From Candidatus Brocadia sp. (GTDB taxonomy: Bacteria > Planctomycetota > Brocadiia > Brocadiales > Brocadiaceae), in the NCBI GenBank assembly GCA_021650915.1, contig CP091279.1:2310001-2342000 (forward strand): 32,000 bases of DNA, written 5' to 3'. Below the pieces are notes generated by a model. The model worked only from the letters and a program-made list of their open reading frames with translations. It was not told the DNA's origin and ran no database searches. Every line of letters begins with the position of its first letter. The stretch's first letter is position 1. This document shows, one piece after another, positions 26,547-32,000 of this stretch. Both the position numbers and the translations under genes were made by a program.

Positions 26547-29345
26547 CTAAAACCAAAAACGCCTCGTCTTTCTCTCCAATCCTTTTGGCGTAATGTCAAA
26601 CCGATAGGAGGAGTCATCCCTTACCGGATCCAGTTCCAGCGTAAAACTTCCTATCCAATCATGAAAATACCGGGATAATACTAAATAGGTCTTCAGGTTT
26701 TGGGATTTGTTTTCTCTGTCTATGTTATCATTCTCATCTTCAATTAATTCAAAGGACTTGAAATCGTACATTTCCCCGCCCATCACCTTCCATTTTTCAC
26801 TAATGGTGTATTCTGCTGCCAGAATAATAGTTGAACTAATATCCCTGATAAAGCGATGACCAATAAAATATTGCCAATCAGGAAGATTATAAAACTCAAG
26901 ACCTGAGGAAAGAACGTCAAACTGGAATTTTTCTGTATTGAACTCATTTCGTTCAGAAACAAATGCAACAATATCGGTTAGTTGTGATCGGAAATCAATA
27001 TTCACAAAGTTATCTTTTCGTATGATTATACCGTTTATTCCGTCATTATAAATACCAGCCTTTGACGGAAACAGATAATAATCCACATTGAAATTGATAA
27101 AATCCACGGTTTTTTCGAGGCCCGGCTCGCCACGTTTTGTCTGTAATTTATTTTTTACCCCTATTACAGCGACATGAGATGAGTCCAAGGCATCAACTGA
27201 ATCATACTGATAGACTTCATTTGGATCTTTCGTGACTATGGGACTATACATATAACGAAGTTCTGGTACAAAGATATGTCTGAGCCGGTTAATCTTCAAG
27301 AAATCCTGATAATAACTATAATTTCTCCAGTGTGTTGAGCTCCAGTCAAAACCAAAGGAGCCGATAAAACGCCCCGCAGCAGGGCCATTTGCCTCATCAA
27401 CAGCATCTGAGGTATCAATGCTTTCCGTATACGCCGTAACCCGTCCCTCCGCAAAGGGATTTATATTAAAAATCCCTGGTTTAAAAGGCATGCTTATCCG
27501 GTTTACGCTATCCATCCGTGCAACAGATTCATTTTCGACTTCCGGATCAATCCGTTCAAAAGAGCCGTTAAAATATGTTGCGGCTGATTCCGAAGTGAAA
27601 ACCAAACGGTTATCTGCTATCGGTTCGCCAATGATCCGGTATGAAATTTCAGGCAGACGTTCTGCATACCGTCTTTCCCGTAACGAATCAACGGTTGTGT
27701 CAAATCCGTTAAATTGTTCATTAACGACAAAGGTTTCCGCCGAAGTGTCGTGAATTCGTCGTAAATAAAGCGCCGTTTCCCGGTCTTTCTCCTGTTTAAA
27801 CTCGTGCCGAAAATATTCTCTGAGAAACCGTGGATCACTTAAATAAGAATACTCCATCTCCAGACGCCAATCATACGGTAATTGATGCCGATGCCGCCAG
27901 AGGATGGTACCGCGGTCTTCATTTTCAATTGGAACGTCATTAATATCGGAGTCCCCATGGTCCTTGATATAATAGGTATCGATGTAACCAAAGAGATCCT
28001 CCCGGTTATATTCAAAATCAAGCCCGGTACCCAATCCCCGCTCTTGCAGATAATCGAGATTCAAGATAAGGTCACTCCAATCTTTCTGATTGCCGCCGGT
28101 AGCGGCAAATAAATCCCAGTCTGTCCTGATAAATGAACCAAAACGGGAGGAACTCCCGAACTGCCAATCTCTTAAAAGCCGTTCCTTCCTCCGCACGTCG
28201 AGGGATAAATATGGCAAATAAGCAATCGGATATCGATCCAGATAAAAGGAATTGTTGGTTGAGGAAACGATATTATGCACGCCCCTCTGTGCCAACCTGA
28301 TCTTTTTCCCTTTAAAATGGTAGTGAGGATGTCCATATCCGCAGGCACTAATCTTACCATTGGTAATTTCGTATTTTCCTTTGCCTACCCGCCGGATCTC
28401 TTCTCCTTTAACGTAGGCCGGAAACCCTTCGAAGGTAAATCTTTTCTCTTTTCGTGAAGGCGCTTTCATTTCAGAAGCAACGTCTGTTTTGTCCCTTTTT
28501 TCCTGGATTTTCGTCTTTATCTTGCTATTGATAAGAATTCCTCTTTCTTCCTTTACGTTTTCAAATATCTTATCAGCAATCAGCAGGTCATCCTTGCGGC
28601 GCATTGCTACATTCCCCTCCGCATAAATTTCACGCAAAGGCAGTTTTTCTTCCGCTGAAATATCTGATTCCGTCGCATCAAACCACAAGATGACACTATC
28701 TGCGTCAATCGTCATGTCCTCTTTTTTCACTTTTACATTTCCAAGGGCAACAACGATTCGTTTGTCTCCGTCTTCCCACGAGTCAATGCTGTCTGCCAAA
28801 ATATCAACCATCTCCTCTTTTTGAGAAACGTCAGAAGGCGACATCTTTGCAGGAATCTCAGCGGATAAATATTCTTCTCTCCCCATCGAACGAATCTCCT
28901 CTCCCCGAAGAACAATCTCTGTTTCCTGGGCAACTTCATATGTTTCGATGGGCTGGACATCAGGATTGACGACTATACCGGTCAGGGTCTCAAATCTGAG
29001 ATAAACCTGTTCAAACTGCTCGTAATTCCCTTCTTCCAGAATAGTCACCTTTCCTTCACAGTACACTTCTACGATGGCCTCTTTCTGCTGGGCAGCCTCT
29101 TCTTCGTGAAACCAACAAACCGCGGTGTCTGCGGTAATCTGAAATGGCCACTGTAATATTCTTGCATCTTTCTGAACAGCAAACACGCGAATCCCATCTT
29201 TTTTCCACGTGGCAATACGATTTCCCGATAAGGAAAAGGGTCGCTGCTCAATATCTTTGACCCTGGTAAGCAGACTTTCCGCGTAACTATATCCGGACAT
29301 GAAAAACAAGACGGTAAGCACAAAAAAAATTGGCGGTATTCGCAT
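26547..29345 (-). CDS. lptD: LptD/OstA-like outer-membrane LPS-assembly protein
   Basis: 932 aa with a signal peptide (MRIPPIFFVLTVLFFMSGYSYA). The N-terminus has repeated OstA-like beta-jellyroll strands (ITADTAVCWF..., IDADSVILWF..., AEGNVAMRRKDDLLIADKI). Then FYLDRYPIAYLPYLSLDVRRKER..GSSSRFGSFIRT and a long Tyr/Asp-rich barrel region follow. Confidence 0.6.
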   Translation of the reverse strand: MRIPPIFFVLTVLFFMSGYSYAESLLTRVKDIEQRPFSLSGNRIATWKKDGIRVFAVQKDARILQWPFQITADTAVCWFHEEEAAQQKEAIVEVYCEGKVTILEEGNYEQFEQVYLRFETLTGIVVNPDVQPIETYEVAQETEIVLRGEEIRSMGREEYLSAEIPAKMSPSDVSQKEEMVDILADSIDSWEDGDKRIVVALGNVKVKKEDMTIDADSVILWFDATESDISAEEKLPLREIYAEGNVAMRRKDDLLIADKIFENVKEERGILINSKIKTKIQEKRDKTDVASEMKAPSRKEKRFTFEGFPAYVKGEEIRRVGKGKYEITNGKISACGYGHPHYHFKGKKIRLAQRGVHNIVSSTNNSFYLDRYPIAYLPYLSLDVRRKERLLRDWQFGSSSRFGSFIRTDWDLFAATGGNQKDWSDLILNLDYLQERGLGTGLDFEYNREDLFGYIDTYYIKDHGDSDINDVPIENEDRGTILWRHRHQLPYDWRLEMEYSYLSDPRFLREYFRHEFKQEKDRETALYLRRIHDTSAETFVVNEQFNGFDTTVDSLRERRYAERLPEISYRIIGEPIADNRLVFTSESAATYFNGSFERIDPEVENESVARMDSVNRISMPFKPGIFNINPFAEGRVTAYTESIDTSDAVDEANGPAAGRFIGSFGFDWSSTHWRNYSYYQDFLKINRLRHIFVPELRYMYSPIVTKDPNEVYQYDSVDALDSSHVAVIGVKNKLQTKRGEPGLEKTVDFINFNVDYYLFPSKAGIYNDGINGIIIRKDNFVNIDFRSQLTDIVAFVSERNEFNTEKFQFDVLSSGLEFYNLPDWQYFIGHRFIRDISSTIILAAEYTISEKWKVMGGEMYDFKSFELIEDENDNIDRENKSQNLKTYLVLSRYFHDWIGSFTLELDPVRDDSSYRFDITPKGLERKTRRFWF

Positions 29346-29361
29346 GAGAAAATGTCAAAAT

Positions 29362-30471
29362 TTATTGTTGTGAAATGAATTTTCTTATGTGACCAATTAC
29401 CTGATCTTGCTCTTTCTCAGTAATTTCAGGAAAGATAGGCAAGGCCAGGGTTTCATTTGAAGCTCTTTCAGCCTCAGGCAAGTCACCTTTTTTATACCCT
29501 AAGAACTCAAAACACTTTTGCAAGTGAAGCGGAACAGGATAATAGACAGCCGTCTCTATCCCGTGACGTTCGAGGTATTTTGCCAGGGAGTCTCTCGCTG
29601 GCGTTGCTATGACATACTGATGAAATATGTGGGTATTATAGGATTCTGTTTGGGGGAGTCGAATGGGTAAATCCTGTAAATGTTTATCGTAATATGCCGC
29701 AACCGTTCTGCGTTTCTCAGACCAGCCATTCAAATAGTTGAGTTTTACCGACAAAACGGCAGCCTGAATTGCATCCAACCTCCCATTGATACCAATATGC
29801 GAATGATAATACTTCGATTTCGACCCATGCACCCGTAAGAGTTTTACGAAATCCGCTAACTTGTCATCATTTGTTGTTATAAGTCCGCCGTCACCATAAC
29901 CACCAAGATTTTTTGTGGGATAAAATGAGAAACACCCAATCTCTCCAAAAGAACCTGCCTTTTTTCCCTTATAAACCGCCCCTATCGCCTGCGCAGCATC
30001 CTCGATAACCACCAGCCCATGGGCACGGGCAATAGCAAGTACAACATCCATGTTCGCACACTGACCGTAGAGATGAACGACCAGGATCGCCTTGGTCTTT
30101 TTCGTGACTGCAGCAGCAATCTTCGCAACGTCGATATTATACGTCAGGGGATCGATATCCACAAAAACGGGAACCGCCCCCACGCGCGCAATGGAACTTG
30201 CCGTTGCGAAGAAAGTAAAAGGCGTTGTAATAACCTCATCGCCACTCTTGATATCGCATGCCATTAAGGCCAGCAATAGGGCGTCTGTACCCGATGACAC
30301 CCCAAGGGCATGCTTCACACAACAAAATTGTGCAATCTTACTTTCAAACGATTCGACATAGGGTCCCAGAATGAAGGACTGGCTACTGATTACTTCTAAA
30401 ACCGCTCTATTTATTTCTTCCCGGATCGTTTCATACTGTCGTTTTAAATCCAGAGAACTTACTTTCATCAA
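29362..30471 (-). CDS. DegT/DnrJ/EryC1/StrS-family PLP-dependent sugar aminotransferase
   Basis: GDEVITTPFTFFATA, IEDAAQAIGA, and SFYPTKNLGGYGDGG containing the PLP lysine. Length 369 aa. Confidence 0.9.
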   Translation of the reverse strand: MMKVSSLDLKRQYETIREEINRAVLEVISSQSFILGPYVESFESKIAQFCCVKHALGVSSGTDALLLALMACDIKSGDEVITTPFTFFATASSIARVGAVPVFVDIDPLTYNIDVAKIAAAVTKKTKAILVVHLYGQCANMDVVLAIARAHGLVVIEDAAQAIGAVYKGKKAGSFGEIGCFSFYPTKNLGGYGDGGLITTNDDKLADFVKLLRVHGSKSKYYHSHIGINGRLDAIQAAVLSVKLNYLNGWSEKRRTVAAYYDKHLQDLPIRLPQTESYNTHIFHQYVIATPARDSLAKYLERHGIETAVYYPVPLHLQKCFEFLGYKKGDLPEAERASNETLALPIFPEITEKEQDQVIGHIRKFISQQ

Positions 30472-30951
30472 GAAAACAATCGTTTTTATGAATTGATTAA
30501 ATATTAGTCCGTAAGTTTGCTAAACCATTATATTTGCATCAGTGCTGGCAATCATTATATTGAGAGAGACGGGATTTGTCAATAAAAAAGACGACCTGAA
30601 GGATTTTCTGTTTTTCTTCCCTCTAAGCAAATGGCAGAATGTAATAATAATTAGGCTTGACACTCCTAGATATATTTGTACTATAGGGAAACTCTGAATT
30701 ATCATTGAAAAGGTTATAAAACGTATCATTAATTACACGACTACGTGTTGTATCCTTTGATGCAAGAGAAAGATTAACAATGTACATAAACGATGCAAGA
30801 TGTCAGAACTACGCCTTGACGTGTCAAAGGGATTGCCTGATGATGCCTTTGAAAAACTCTTTATGAAGGATTGCCTTGAAATAATCGACGATTTTTCTCT
30901 ACCCTAACGAAATCGATTAACACACCGGGAAAACCAGATGCGCAACGAATA

Positions 30952-31296
30952 ATGCAACTAAAAAACTTCGTATTTTATTTTATGCTCGGTGGGGGTATTG
31001 TAAGTACTGTAACTTTTTTGGGTTCACAAGGTAAAGGACTTTTGGCGGCCTTTGTGGCTACTTTTCCCACCATGACAGTACTTACCTTTGCCTTGATCCA
31101 TGGCAAGGCGGGACAATCTGCCACCTTAGATTATGCCAAGGGGTTGCTCTTCATGACCCCTCCATGGATTTTTTATGTGATATGTCTTATCCTCTTATTG
31201 CCAAGATGGGGCTTTCTGAAATCTCTTATTGTTGGTGTGCTCACGTACATGATCCTCGCTGGTCTTGTAAGTGTTGTTATACGACATCTTAAATAA
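30952..31296 (+). CDS. small integral membrane protein, GlpM/DUF3147-like
   Basis: 114 aa with four hydrophobic helices and the pattern AFVATFPTMTVLTFALIHGK...LLFMTPPW, which resembles GlpM-family proteins. This is a recognition-level call only. Confidence 0.45.
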   Translation: MQLKNFVFYFMLGGGIVSTVTFLGSQGKGLLAAFVATFPTMTVLTFALIHGKAGQSATLDYAKGLLFMTPPWIFYVICLILLLPRWGFLKSLIVGVLTYMILAGLVSVVIRHLK

Positions 31297-31371
31297 CCTG
31301 AGCAGGGCAAAACGGCAAAAGATTATCATCGGATTTTTTACCATTGATGGCAGAGAAGTGTTCATCAATCC

Positions 31372-32000
31372 ATGTACAGAATTAACAAATATCATTTTAA
31401 CGAATTCAAATGCCAGGCAAGCTTGCATAAGTCCAATTACGCCGTTTTAATCAACGTGTCAGATACCGGAATAAAATATTCACCCGATTTTGATTTTTCC
31501 GAAGAATATTACATCCTCAAGGAACTCAGTCACCCGCAAATACCCATTACGAGTGATTTTGGAGAGGGAGAATTATTCAGAGACGACAAATTTTTAATCA
31601 AGCAAAATTTTATTGTCTTGCAACATGTTCATGGATATGACTTGGTAGATTACTTCGCTGAAAAGGATATTGAAAATGCAGGAACACTTGATGAAGTTAT
31701 CAAATCATTTATATCCGTCTGCGACCCCCTGCAACACGTCCATAACAAACATTACATTCATTGCGATTTAAAACCCGGGCATCTGATCCTGAATCAAAAA
31801 ACCGGACTCGTGCATCTTATCGACTTTGAGCTGGCTATCAAACGGGGCGGCATCATTAAGGGAATTAGCAAAGAATATGCGTCACCGGAACAATTACAGA
31901 TGCTTAACTACCTGAAGGATCTGCCGAGAAAGGTACATTATGAAACCATCTCCTCTACCATCCGGCTGGACGGCAGGACAGACCTCTATTCTCTGGGCCT
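31372..32000 (+). CDS. Ser/Thr protein kinase-like protein (3' end beyond the window), atypical N-lobe
   Basis: Open frame from ATG 31372 to the window end; absent from the track because no stop is reached. Hanks motifs: HCDLKPGH (VIb), IDFELA (VII; DFE instead of DFG), YASPEQ (VIII), TDLYSLG (IX). No GxGxxG loop. Confidence 0.7.
   Translation, partial: MYRINKYHFNEFKCQASLHKSNYAVLINVSDTGIKYSPDFDFSEEYYILKELSHPQIPITSDFGEGELFRDDKFLIKQNFIVLQHVHGYDLVDYFAEKDIENAGTLDEVIKSFISVCDPLQHVHNKHYIHCDLKPGHLILNQKTGLVHLIDFELAIKRGGIIKGISKEYASPEQLQMLNYLKDLPRKVHYETISSTIRLDGRTDLYSLG

Noticed and set aside
30520-30729. 69-aa - strand ORF in the degT/GlpM-like intergenic region
   Set aside because: It is AT-rich with Ile/Phe/Ser-rich translation typical of random AT-rich DNA. 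It has no RBS and no motif.
1-32000. CRISPR arrays, tRNA/rRNA genes, riboswitches (TPP upstream of dxs, cobalamin upstream of the receptor)
   Set aside because: No regularly spaced direct repeats, no cloverleaf/T-loop (GGTTCGAATCC-like) candidates and no conserved riboswitch core motifs were seen in any intergenic region. This was an eye scan only, so small elements could have been missed.

Overview
This 32-kb window comes from a diderm bacterium (LptD-like protein, TonB-dependent receptor, AsmA-like protein) with moderate to low GC. The gene content reminds me of planctomycete or anammox-type genomes, but I cannot verify that here. Most of the window is tightly packed housekeeping DNA. On the + strand lie the tail of alr, a GNAT::OFOR-gamma fusion, split class-I fumarase alpha and beta genes, asmA-like, cvpA, dnaG, rpoD, a COG1579 zinc-ribbon gene and RNase P RNA. 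On the - strand a 12-gene co-directional block runs degT-like, lptD-like, coaD, ymdB-like, xseA, xseB, dxs, nadK, korDABG. The accessory part is a ~4.5-kb mobile-element scar at ~823-5310. It holds a frameshifted DUF4338::ISAs1-family transposase, a group II intron (RT/maturase ORF plus ~580 nt of 5' ribozyme) on the opposite strand abutting or interrupting the transposase 3' end, an orphan ORF, and an IS630 transposase remnant. I found no CRISPR array, tRNA or rRNA, and no clear multi-gene defence locus. Four items deserve a second look. (1) The DUF4338 (DruA-type) domain is fused to a DDE transposase. (2) A three-part GNAT + OFOR-gamma-like + single ferredoxin-like Cys-motif protein is translationally coupled to fumarase. 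(3) An AT-rich Avd/23S-IVS-type four-helix-bundle pseudogene cassette with repeat-rich flanks is wedged between the fumarase alpha and beta genes. (4) A non-coding stretch carries three GCCGAAGGC mini-hairpins and is followed by a 29-bp perfect palindrome. All homology calls rest on motif recognition by eye; no searches were run.
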